DNA of 64,000 nucleotides from the NCBI RefSeq assembly GCF_003704095.1, contig NW_020845558.1, forward strand, positions 806,001 through 870,000, given 5' to 3'. A program made the translations under genes and the position numbers. This document shows, one piece after another, positions 12,880 through 25,209 of this stretch (position 1 is its first letter; every line of letters begins with the position of its first letter). The DNA is from Pocillopora damicornis (lineage: Eukaryota). Under the pieces are notes generated by a model that did no database searches, had not been told where the DNA came from, and saw nothing but the letters and a program-made list of their open reading frames with translations.

Positions 12880-15793
12880 AAAATATTATATTAAAAGTAA
12901 CTGCTTTCTAGAACATGTATATGTATATCTTTTTCCTTTGTAAAATTTATTCTTTCAATTTCTTTATATCAAATAACTTGTATTATGTAAATGAAAGAAA
13001 ACATCAGCCATTTGGAGGACTAAAACTATCCATGCAAGATAAGGAAAATTGTTTTAAAGCACATCGATATTGCTTTGGGTTGTGATATTGCATTTTGCTG
13101 TGAGTTATAGGAGCTAGAAATCATTACTTTTAATCAAGACATTTGAGATGACTGTCAGCTTTACTCCAATTGTAAGTTCCAGCCATCAAAAATCTTTTAT
13201 ATTCTCTTGAGATATTAAATACTTTTAATATCGTAAAGGGCAAGTAAAATAGTCCATCTCACAGTTGTGTGCTTGGTTGCCAAGCCTTTGAAAAGGGAAA
13301 TACTGTCCATTTACTCCACCCTTTTAATTCAAGAGACAGGGAGTAAAAGGGTATAGGACTTTTTTTTGTCTGGTGATAAAATCCCTTCACTGTCTGCCAC
13401 ACATTTCTACTTTGGAGTTAAACCAACTGACACCCATTGTTGTTCTTCCTTGTGCTTACTATCTTTCTTCTTGACAGTGCAGTGAGAATGTGAGGAGAAA
13501 TTACTTATTGTCTACTCCAAGGAGTGAAAGAGTTATCTGAAGCTGGCAATGAATCCAGATTGTGAGAAAGATATGAGAAATTTTTTTTTTTCTAGTCAGT
13601 TTTCCAATTTTTTTTTCTTCACTTCTTCTTCTAAATTGCTAAAAATTAGCTTACATGTTCTCCTAGCTGTCCACTGATTGAATGTTAATTTGCTGGGAAT
13701 TGCTGAAGTTAAGTTTTGCAGCTGTAATCACTGGCTGAATGTTTTTTTTTTCCTGTTTTTGTGGATGCTAAACTGCACCATAGTGGTGAATTTCTTTGTA
13801 CTAAGGGGGTTTTGTAATTACTTATAAATGTTCTGACATTTAAAGACTGTTACTAGTGTACTCATTCAAACGATGTAGGCTATTAATCTCTTTTTCTAGT
13901 TAGTATTTTCAAACTAGACATTTTTACATGTGTATCTAAAGCAGTACAGCTTAACTGTACTGAGCATAAAATTGCTTCAAGTTGTGGAGCTTAAGTACTA
14001 GGGGAGTTTTCAAGTGTAAAGTGGTACATATTTTCACTTAATTTCTTATCTCTCTACATTCATGTTAATAGAAATGTCCAATACACTTCTTGTTCTGTTC
14101 TTAGAACATTTATTAGGCAAACACTTAGCACACATCAAACATAAGTAAGAAAGCAAAACTTTGCACAAGTGATCATAATTGTGATGTGAACTAGGTATGT
14201 GACCACACTGTCTAATGAATATCATTCTTAGAAAAAAAAGAAAACCTGTTTTATTCTAATTTTTAACTTAGGTGTTGCTAGGGAAGAAAAACTGGCAACT
14301 GGCTTAGAAAATTCCTTGAAAGGTGCACCATATTTTTGTACTGTGGTGATAGAGGAAATTCTTTAAAAATGGTATATGTTTCCAAACAAAGCAAAAATAT
14401 TATTATATAGATAAACTAAAGTAGTTTAGAGGCAGTTTTCAGTAATTATGCTTGGATCAGTTTTGTTGTTATTGTCAACAAATTTATGTATTATAGGGTA
14501 CTATACAGCTTAAATATATATATTGGACATTAAAAGATTCTTTCAAGAAGCTTTTTCATTCCATGTGTTTTTATGGTGTTCAAACAGAAGATATGCTGTT
14601 TACACCATGTAGACTTACCACAGCCTTCATTGCTAAAAGAAAGTCAGAGCTTCTGTAGTTATTAAAATTTATTATTACAATCATTATTTTTATTCTTATT
14701 ACAACATGGATAACACACAAAAAGAGTACAGAAATTACAAAAAGGAGCAAGTTAACAAAAATACAGAGTACCGGTACACAAAAGAAAAAACTTACTCTAG
14801 AATCTCATGAAGCTTTGAGTAAATCTCTGATGCAATACCTGGCTTTAAATTCTTGTCTTTTTATGGCCCTTTGACCCCAAAGCGTGACTGGCATCTAATT
14901 TCTCTTTACCATATCATCCTTAATCAAACATAGTTCATAAGAATAACAGAAATGATGGCTACCTAAATAAGCTTGATTGTTTAACAAATTATCCTCACCT
15001 GTTCATCACAGGAAATGTTTGGACAAAAGTATAAGGAAAATGCTTACTGATGTTAGGGTGTAGAGGGTTCAAATAAAATGTACAATTTGCTTTTTGTTAA
15101 TACAGTGAAACCTCTATAAGTGGACACCCTTGGGACCTTCCCAGGTGTCCACTTTATAGAGGTTTGTAAAATTGCACAATGTTTGTTAACGATTAACATT
15201 CAACTGTTACTCTGTACTGTGACAAAGTTCCATGTTGTTAATGAAGCTATCTAGAGTTCAAGTTCTCTAGAAGCTAACTAGAGTTCATGTTCATGATTTT
15301 TTGAGGGAAAGGAAAAGTGGAGTTTTCTACAAGAGGAATGAAGGGAAAACTTCAGACCACTTCTTCAAATAGAAATGCAGATCAAAATAAGACAATTCCC
15401 TTGGAGGTGTAACGGAATGACCAATTCACCATAGATAGCAAAAATTTGACATTAAGGCATTCAATTTTGTCATTGAAAGGTTCAGGACAATTCATCCAGG
15501 TGTATGGTAAAATGAGCAAAGCAAAAGAAATTTACTGTCAATCTTGAACTTGATCACTCATTTTTGGTAAAAAAATATTTATTCAACCATTCGTCCATAG
15601 GTCATTCTATGGCCTATGATACAGTGGTATAGAGAGATCTAACCCCAACTATAATGTTCATTAAATTACTCTCAAAAAATATTGCAAAATCGTTTTAAAT
15701 ACCAGACTGGAATTAAAAAAAAACAAAACACCTCCAGGAACATCACCTGGAGACAATCATTTGGGAAATTCTTGTTTTGTATTTAATTTTTTT

Positions 15794-18524
15794 TTAGCCA
15801 AGATGTTCTGCATTGTATAAATAAAAGCACTCAACAAACTCTGGTAATTTTGTTTCCTTTTTGAAATATATTTTCAACTTTGATAGGCCAGTGTTTGGAG
15901 AAGTAAATGAAATTCTCCTTTTGGATCCTGGAGGAAACTTCGAGGGTAAATCATCCATACAGTGGAGCAGAAGCTGCCTTATGAGTCCACCATGAGAAAC
16001 AGCCAGAATATTAGCTAGCTGTGACATCTTTTCTTGTTTTTGTGTGACACATTTTGAGGTCTGTGGCTCATCAATGATTTTATCATTGACACAAATGTCA
16101 TTCTGAATGGAACTGCTAGAGTCACTACAGTGTAAAGTTCCAATTTCATGTATTATGGAGTTCAAAAATTTTGTTGCTCTTTCTTTGAGTTCAGCAACTG
16201 TTTCTCCCTCCTTTGGTGTAAATATGTTTGTCTTCATATTGTTCTCTGCTGCCATTTGTTTAAACCTCTGGTTGGATACTCCTTCTGCTACACCATAACC
16301 CTGGGAACAGAAATAGAAAAAAAATTATTGTGAAATGTTTTTCATAAATAATTTCTTGTCTATTTCTACTTGCTCACTTCAAATTGAGACAAAAAAGAGA
16401 CTGTAAGCAGTTTAACTACAACTGTAAGCAGTTTAACTACAATGAATCTATTTCTCGATGACTACTTACTATGTTATCACGATGAACTATTTTCAATCAA
16501 TATAGAAAACAATTTATCAAAGGACAAACAAACCAAGGGCAGACTCTGAGAGGGTGAAACAAGAAGATGGTATGTACAAATTTAATATTCAATACTCACT
16601 CTCTCTCGCAGACGAGAATCCTCTACAATCTTCATTTGAGAGCAGCAATTGTTTTGATTGATAATCTCCTCTGCAGTCTGAAAGATGCAAAAAGAAATTA
16701 TATTTACCAGTCAGCTAGGATATTCACCCACCAGGTCAGATAACAACAAAAACAACTGACTAATTGAAAATAACAACTAGGAAAATGAGGTACTTCTGTG
16801 GAACCAGATAAATCCTTCTTCAGCTTTCAACAAGAAAAAATTTCCACAGGAACAGTGGTAATTTTCATAAACTTTTCATCCACTCTCTACTGCTGCATGA
16901 CCACTTCCACAACAAGGAAAAAATAGTTTGACATACCTTTCGAGCTCTTTTCAAATCACTTGAGTAAATGTGAGAGAAAACTTCATCATTTAACTTGTTT
17001 CCAGCAAGTTGGGCTTGTTTTATACCTTCATCAGAGAGCAAAGTATCTGTCTGCCCTGCAAAATGATTCAGTCAACTTGTCATCAACACTAATGAAATTA
17101 TAACTCAACCAGTCCAGATTTGTCACAATGAGAACTGAAACTTATCAACCACAAATAAAATATTTTCTCTCAACCATGACTGGTCTTAATGCATTCAAGA
17201 CTGAATATCCAACACCTAAAACAGGGTAATATCCAAGTAACATTCCCAGTTTTCAGATATCACAGATGATTTGTAAAGAAAGTCTTCATTTACATCTAAT
17301 TAAGAATGGCAGAGCCCTTTAGTGCTGTTGCAAAAGAAGAAGTCTTGCTCATTTATAACACCATTTCAGTCATCACCATAAAGTTAACATTCAATGCAGT
17401 AAACATTTTAATGCTAAGAATTTCATAAACTCCTGGTCTAACTCTTGTAAAAAAAAAAGTAATGGATAGCAAAAGCTATGACCTCGAACCAAATGAAACT
17501 AATGCTTATACATTTAATCTTAGACGTAACATTTCATCAAAGCTCAAAGGAGAGATACACTCTTGAAATTTAAAACTGCTTGCTTCTTGTAGCAGATGTC
17601 AGAATTGACAGCTATCCAAGAACAATTTTATACCAAATGGAGGCTTCTGTTTCTCTCTGTAAGAAAAATGTTCAAAATAGTTTGATGAAGGGAACCTTTC
17701 AAGTTTGACAACAAAAAAACAGCCAATCAGGTTATTGTTTTCAATCAAAGTAACTATTTGTAGGATTTACAATCACGGACATTCAGCACGTTTTCACCTT
17801 GAATGATGTTTGCCTTGTTTTCTGGAGTTTCACCACTACAAAAAAAATTTCAGAGTATAAAGAATCAGACAATAACATATAATGTAGTGTTTATCATGTT
17901 AAATTACATTGCTCATCTATATATCAAATCTCGGTTCTGTCCCTCTGGTAATCATTATCCCAATCAGTTCATTTTTGAGGCTCTATAGTAAATAAATAAA
18001 ATTTTAAAGAAGTATGGAAGAGAGAAAAGCTCAATTTTTATCAGAAGTGATAAGGATCTATAAAATTTTCGAAAGGAAGTCACTTATTTCCTCCACAAAA
18101 CCCTGAAAACAACATTTTTTTAACCAGACGAAAACCGAGCAAATTGCAAAGAACTATAAATCATCACAAAGTTCAGCCATGTTTGTTGGATTACGACACG
18201 TCACAGTAACATCTAATTAAAAATAAAATGTTCAGACAATGATTGCATGCGAAGCGTATTTCCCTCTTAAAGGGTTTTTAATGCAGCTACATGTCCCATA
18301 AATTTTATGCCTTAAAATCATGAGAAAGAGAAAAACAGACGTCCGATCGAGCTGTCCTAGGATGAAAAGCACGTTCAGACGGTCAACTCCACTAACTACA
18401 ATTTTTGTTTGCTTATTTCAGTTCAAACAAAGGCTATGAGAGAGAAGTTAACTACTCACTGTCTGACAAGGGTTAGAAGAATAAATGCCGAGCAGCTATC
18501 CCCTGCATCAGTTGCGTCCGCCAT
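15794..18524 (-). CDS. TIGAR: Fructose-2,6-bisphosphatase TIGAR (histidine phosphatase), ~268 aa
   Basis: Exons 18524-18460, 17835-17798, 17055-16937, 16677-16600, 16300-15794 with consistent phases. Motifs LTLVRHGET..N....IQGQ (catalytic RHG), YSSDLKRA, DSRLRERGYGVAEG, FTPKEGET, ILAVSHGG and SPNTGLS match the TIGAR family. Confidence 0.93.
16400..16441 (+). repeat. Perfect 21-bp tandem duplication in a TIGAR intron
   Basis: actgtaagcagtttaactaca x2. Confidence 0.9.
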
Positions 18525-20564
18525 TTTGCTCAACGATACTTAATGGCGACGAAACATCTGTCCCACCCGTGCCTCCCCTCCACCACCACCACCACTACCC
18601 CGATCAAAATAAAATAGATTTGTGCGGTAGAGGCACCCTGGGTAAATTTCGGTTGTTGTGTGGAAAGGTTTTCATTCCTTTTTTTCCTCTTTTTTTTTCT
18701 TTTTTCCTCTATTTGGGTGATGAGGAAATTGAACTCTTTCACTATTTCTTGGCTTCATCATCCATTACTTTTATTTATTTTGTTGTGTTTTGTTTGGTTT
18801 TTATGTTTTTTCTTTTTCAAAATTTTCTAGTACAAGAATCACTGTGGCATTTGATACATAAATAGTAAAAATAGTCACTTACTTCCTGTTATTAAGGGCT
18901 ATAAATAACTACCTGTCAAATTCAAGATCAACCAAGGTTTTGCATGCTCATGAGCCAAGTTCTGCTCGGTTCAACATCTCGGGCAACAACTCTGCATCCT
19001 AAGAAACAGCTTTATCTCATAATTCAATCATCAATGCACCCTAAAAATGATATTGTATCTCATCCTGTAAATGAGAATTGTTCCTTTAAGAACTGCATTT
19101 CTACAAAAATCATTGTGGTCCCAATCCTTCTTTTCAGTGGTAGCTGAAATCTTCAAGAGGGCAACACTCTATCAGTGTTGCATGTAAGGTAATTGTGTCT
19201 TGATTGCAAAATTGATACATGGACTTAAAAATTTCCCACCCTAGTATTGTTTTTAAGATTGTTTTGACAATTTAAATATTATATATCAGGACCCAGAAGG
19301 ATGGTAGGTTCAATCAATACTTTATCACATGACTATAACTAAGGTGCCTATCCACCAATTTTGGTCAAACTTTTCAGTTGCTAAAAATTAAATAAAATTA
19401 AGTTAGATTGCTTCATTCTAAATGGCTGATAACCTTGAATGACCTGAAGTTGCATCCTAAACCACTATACCACTCTGGGCAACATCCTGTAAAAAAGGAA
19501 ATAGGTTATAGCTGTTTATCATGACCCTTGGCGATCTGCCAGATGGTGTTTGACAACAAAAAACTGCTCTGCCAGATTTTCTTCTCAAAATTCAACATCT
19601 CAACATGCAGTCATTCAAGCATCCCTTTATTCAAACTACTTATATGCTTGCAAAAGGCTTGTAAATGAGATCAGTATACCATGATTTTCTCTCAGCAGTC
19701 TGGGAAGGTTGCCAAGGATTTGTAAAGAAATCTACAGAGATAACATGTCTGAATTCACCTGGCAAGTGCAGACATTCTCCAGATATGCTTAATTAAGAAT
19801 GTTGGAGAAAAGCCTACAGACCTCAACTTGTCCCTAATGCCCGTGGCACCATACCGTTCATAGTCCAAAAGGCAAAGTTAAATTTAAGCCCCATAGTCAC
19901 AAGAAAATCTGCTGATTTACATATCAAAACTACCTCTCTCCCGCATGAGCATTTTGACTCTGTTGTTTGGAAACATTCCTCAGAGAATTACAGCATTGAT
20001 TGAAAGAAACGCTAATGCCATTTACGGATACAACTATTCTTTAGGTCAACAGCCTAGTCTGTAGATAAGTACCTACAACTCTTAAAATGCATTCCACAGA
20101 AAAGTGAATTGTGTTTACAAAATATTGGACCAAAGACGATATTTATTCAGTCGCGACCCGTTACCCTCTTCGAGGAAACCGCATACACCAAAGATTTTGA
20201 AGAGCGATGCATACATTTGACGCTGTCGTGTGACGAATTAATAGCTTTGCCGCTGGCACGGAAGATGACTTATTTATAAGTTGTCGCGATAGACAACTTA
20301 TAAATCGATTTTTAAACAAAACAACTTGATCAAAGTAGTGACATTATTTCCCACAAATACATAAACCAGTCATCAAATTGACGCTCTAAAATATATGACG
20401 ATGTTTACTTCTATATATTAATCTATATAAAACTGGCTGGTCAAACGCAGCAAAGATGGGGCGAATATTTAAATTCCTCCAGCCTCTCAATCCAAGATAT
20501 GCCGTGGTATCTTGACCGGCAGCGAATGCAAAACAGGTCAAAGCTAGTCAAAGATATCTTCGCA

Positions 20565-21287
20565 CTACCTTCTCTTCGACATACTAAAAGCTCTTCTAAT
20601 GTGAGCGGGTCTGCTGAGTTCTCCGTTCAAGGTCTTTCCTTTGTCTTTGTCCTTTTTACTTTTGGATTTTTCTCCTTCGCCGATTTGTGTGGCCGACGTT
20701 ATACTTGTAACATGGCTAAACAGACATGGCGTTGATATCTCAACTTTTTTTAGCTTGCGGAACTTTTTTAAACGTTCCCTGTTTGTAGTCGTGGGAAGTT
20801 TATTCAATTCCGGAGCCGAAACAGACGACAGGATTTCTTGCACTGCAGCTTCGACCTCTTTTAAGAAAACATTGGCAGATTCCTCACAATTAAAGCGAAA
20901 CCCCGCCATGGACCCGTCCCCATTAGAGAGCATCAACGTATGAAAGTTCTTTTGTTGTTCGTGGTAGTTAGAGTTCGAAGTGAGGGTTTCTTTCCAAGTC
21001 GCAAAGCCGCTATCTCTCTCTACTAAACTCACATGCACTCCTTTAGGATTCCTCGCCCCACAGTCTCCAGTGCTGATGACTAACACAGGCACTCCACTTC
21101 GCTCAAGGGTCCATTGATTCGAAGGACGATCGATGCTTGGCGGTTGCCAAAGATAAAGGCTTGCTGTTGTTCCGCACACCACAACGCGGTTCGATAAACA
21201 AGATAACGAAAGTTTGATCTTGAAAATATCTTTGTCCGATAAACGTTCGCTCAAGGCATTGTCACTAATCGTCGTCCTCATGGACAT
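20565..21287 (-). CDS. Intronless WH1/EVH1-domain protein with basic region and CRIB-like motif (MESR3-like), 240 aa
   Basis: WH1-like pattern ASLYLW...W....SGVPVLV...ERDSGFATWKETL...Y......FHTL......AGFRF..EESA..F, then RERLKKFRKLKK and ISTPCLFSHVTSI (CRIB-like ISxPxxFxHV, 20700-20738). Resembles Drosophila MESR3-type proteins, from memory. Confidence 0.8.
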   Translation of the reverse strand: MSMRTTISDNALSERLSDKDIFKIKLSLSCLSNRVVVCGTTASLYLWQPPSIDRPSNQWTLERSGVPVLVISTGDCGARNPKGVHVSLVERDSGFATWKETLTSNSNYHEQQKNFHTLMLSNGDGSMAGFRFNCEESANVFLKEVEAAVQEILSSVSAPELNKLPTTTNRERLKKFRKLKKVEISTPCLFSHVTSITSATQIGEGEKSKSKKDKDKGKTLNGELSRPAHIRRAFSMSKRR

Positions 21288-24200
21288 GACTGATCGAAAA
21301 CAGCGAATTCCAACAAGACGTGACCGACGGAGACTTCAAATTAAAAACAGTTCAATTTAAAATACAGACACTGTAGGCAATGCACACCTCCGACTGACAT
21401 CAACCGAAAAATTAGTAGCACCTCAAAGTTGTCACTTGATAATGCGCCATTTTGAGTGAGAGAGCGCCCTTGTGACAAATTCTCCGTTACTTTCTGTCGC
21501 TACAACTGAAGAAACCCTCTTTACGGAAAACATTCATTTACAATAGAGTACAAATGAAGAAGCTTAGTCACAGGAGTATGACGTCACGGCCTTTTTTGCT
21601 TTCGACGGATGTGACTGGGTGCGGTGAACTTCCGGTACAATCGCCTGAGTTGTGAGTCCCCAGACAGGACAACGAAAGGTTACGAGGATCGCAGATGGGT
21701 AAAATCAGGAGAAAAAGAGATAAAATTTTTTTTTTCCAAAATGAAATAAATCAGGAGGATTTTATTAAAGGGGCAGAAAAGTATGACATACCAGAGGATC
21801 ATAGAGGGTCATTCCTCCTTGCATAGAACGTAAATGAAAGGAATGGAAAAGAAAATGAACCAAGTAGTTGCTCCACTTGCAATTTAACTAATCATATCAC
21901 AAAAAGTAACTTTAGCTTCTCTCCAGAGAGACGAAAAGTGGATCTGAATTCCCGTAAGCCGGATAGCGTAAATCATCCCTGGTGTTATGGCATGGCTCTG
22001 TAAATGTTTTAAAAAGAGATATCAACGGGGCTAGGATGGGATTATGTTAGAGAGGACTGGCGGCAAGCAATAAAGAAAGCATAGATCAAATTACAGAGGG
22101 CGACTGGACACTACAAGTAGATTCTTGTACTCTTATCAATCACACATCATTTCAAAATGATTGTGCATTTCGAGGCTTGATCATTTGTTGCGTATTCATC
22201 TGAAATTAACTTTAAAAGCTTCTCTAGCAAGTATTTCACGGCTTGAATTTCTGATTGGTACCTCAAACTCGGTAATTAGGAAAACTGTTAGCTTCGTGTG
22301 ATAGGTAGTGTCCTTGAATAAATAAACGAGAATTTTTCGAGCTAAATGAAAGGCGTATTGTGTTTATCATCCATCACATATTCTTTATTCGAATTTTTAC
22401 CATTTTTATGTTTCATGCGCAGTTGCGGAAATAAGATTTTGTTCCTGTGACAACTAAATGAAAAAAAGACGGATGGCATCACAAAGGAAAATTCTGCTGC
22501 ATCACTGAATGGAAAGTTGCCAATCTTTACGTTCTCTAATAACCACAAGTCTGCTCTTTGACGAAGAACATTTTGATACATTTCGCTTATTTTTTTACCA
22601 TCCGGAACTCCATACTGATAGGACGGATGACATGCCGTAAACAAGTAAATGCAAAAAGTTTACAAGTTTTATGTGAGCCGGAAATTTGTGCTGTCAGATA
22701 ATTTGACCGAACAACGCCTGATCAAGTGTCATGTCTCGTGGCAGTATTGGCGTAAATCAGGTAAATTTCACAAAGTAAATACTGTTCTGATCAGCTTCGC
22801 TATTTGATTTTGGTAAAAATCGGGTAACTTTCTTTTCTTTATTTTGCAATGTCGTCTGTTGTTTGCTTGTTTAGCTGTTTGTTATTTCTTGCGCCTTCTC
22901 TCGTCTCTTCACACCTCCTGGGTTCCTGGTCTCGCCGTCCCGAAAGCTTGTGGCTATCGTCGATATTTTTCAGTCTCTTGTTCAGTGAATTTCATTTCCG
23001 ATCCCTCTTAGTTAAAGTGAGTATTTGACTGGAGATCATTGAAACTAGCCAAATCTGAGTCAGTTCACAATGTTGTTCGTCTTTCAGTAAAAGCATCCGG
23101 TGTTGATATAGCTAAAATGGTTCGTGTCGACATTTTACTCAAACGGAAGCGATACACAAACAGAAAAATAGTTCACTGAAGATGAAGCGCTTGAATCATT
23201 TTGATAATGAACATGTAAAGAATTTTGACGAGAGTCTTGACAAACCTGTCGTTAACCAAGGTGTTTTGTTGAATTTTAATGTTTCCGAGGTTATTCTATA
23301 TAAGTTACTTAATCAGCAACTATTTAATACAAAGGTTTCCTTATCAGCTCATTTCCCATTCAGGTCGAGTGTCCCCTAAGTACTCTCCTCACCACAGCAC
23401 TTGGTCCGATATATTACGAAACTCGAACTTGAATTTTCTCAGACTGTTTAAGTCCTTCGACATTTATTATTACCCAAAATCTCGTCGAAAACTGCAGTAC
23501 TGTTTTCGAAGAGGAATCGTGAATTGCCCACGGTTGATTTGACCTCAAAGTTTATCTTTCACATGCCAAAGCTAAGTCATCACTTACCACAAAGATAGCC
23601 TATAAGGAAAGCCACCCACTGGTGACCACATTTTATTGTGTTGGAAGCCGGCACCGGACATGTGTCACTGATGAAGTACTGAGGTTTGGGGCGACGTAAT
23701 TATGTAGAAACTTCCTGCGAATAAATGCATGCAATTTATTCCAGGAAAATTTTACGAGAGGAAAATTACATTTTATGAAACCGGATTCGAAATTGGGATG
23801 TCGGGATAAGATTCCCAGTGGTTAGAACCTGTTGAAATCTGTTTACGGTATCTTTTGACTTGTAAATAAATGACTAATTAGAGGTAATTATTCATCAATA
23901 CAGAATTGGTCTGTTTAAAGTCTGTGATTTTACGCAGTGTTGAGTCCAATATTAGCTCGACTACACTAAGGAGACACGTCTGAGAATTAAATACCAGCAG
24001 CTTTATTTTTCTCAATAAATTAACTTGAGGAAAGAATTTCTGTACACAATCTGAAACTGATCTAATCTTTCTGTAGATATTATAAATCCTTTCTTAATTG
24101 CTCAGTTAATCTTTTCTGCATTATGAAGTCTTCTAGGTTTCCATTCACGCAGAGTTTAACATGATCATATTTTGAATATTAAATTTCACGCCGTCGACAA

Positions 24201-24333
24201 CGCAATGTACTCCTTAACAAATCAAAGCTCTTGAACTTACATCAGTACCGTCACAACATATTTCATGGCAGCGTTTAAAATTTCTGTCGTTCATATTTAG
24301 CGTTTCTATTTTTCCTAAGGGATTTCAACTTAT

Positions 24334-25209
24334 TTAAAGTTCGGTTGTACATAAATCGGTGACCATCAAGTCTCTTTTCTTAAACACAGGTTCTGTACAT
24401 CGCCTAACCAAACTTAAACTGCGGTGTACGGGCCGCGGTTGGCAGGTGAAAAGTTTGTTGGATGGGTTTTCAAAGCGGCTGATGTCGTTCATGGTTTTCT
24501 CGCACCCCTCAGTTATAGAGACGAGACGTCGATTGTTTTCTTGCGACGCAGTCTTTCCTTCAAACAGTGTCGCTGTTTGTCGTTCGGCTAATTGTCGTCT
24601 TTCGGTGCTGAACACTTGCTGTATCTGAATATTCGATAAGGCAACTGTACACCTTTCAAAAGCAGATTCGTGAGCGCGAGGATGCCTTGGTCTCGGGGCG
24701 ACATTGAACGAGTGTGACCTTGAAGCCGGCTTATGTCCAGATACTTTTGATGCATCTTTACTAAGCGATTTTGATTGAGAAGAAAACACGCTCAGAGCCC
24801 GAAGAACAAGTCTCGCAATTGTTTCATTTTCGTAGCGAATCCCGGCCTTTTCATTAAAGTTTTTAGTACTATTAAAAGTGTGAAAAGTTGGCTGAGGTGA
24901 CTCGATCCTTGTTAAGTCTGCAACTACCGTCTCTTTCCACACAACTGCGCGTGTTTTCAGGGAGGTCAAACAGACTTCAATCCTTTGGCCAAGGCTGTCG
25001 GTATTGTAGATTAAAGCAATTACTCCTCGGCCGACAGTACTCCATTTCTCTTTAGTTGGTCGTCGTAGAATGCTGAGCCGAATCTTGTAAACTAATACCT
25101 CAGCCAAGCATGGGGCGATAACAATTTTATGACGAGGTGTGAGTGTCTTAGCCAAAGACTCTCTAATTCGTTGGATGTCTTCGTCAGTCAAAACCATCGT
25201 AGGCTTCAT
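24334..25209 (-). CDS. Intronless divergent WH1/EVH1-domain protein, 291 aa, with a C-terminal class I PDZ-binding-like motif (TTEL)
   Basis: N-terminal half aligns by eye with WASP-family WH1 and with the neighbouring gene (LTDEDI.RI..SL; KWSTVGRGVIAL; VVWKETV; PTFHTF; KAGIRYENE..A). The tail is Ser/Arg-rich and low in complexity. Confidence 0.75.
   Translation of the reverse strand: MKPTMVLTDEDIQRIRESLAKTLTPRHKIVIAPCLAEVLVYKIRLSILRRPTKEKWSTVGRGVIALIYNTDSLGQRIEVCLTSLKTRAVVWKETVVADLTRIESPQPTFHTFNSTKNFNEKAGIRYENETIARLVLRALSVFSSQSKSLSKDASKVSGHKPASRSHSFNVAPRPRHPRAHESAFERCTVALSNIQIQQVFSTERRQLAERQTATLFEGKTASQENNRRLVSITEGCEKTMNDISRFENPSNKLFTCQPRPVHRSLSLVRRCTEPVFKKRDLMVTDLCTTEL

Noticed and set aside
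18485-18865. 126-aa ORF with poly-His and Phe-rich stretch
   Set aside because: Translation of a (cac)n microsatellite and T-rich sequence overlapping the TIGAR start and promoter.
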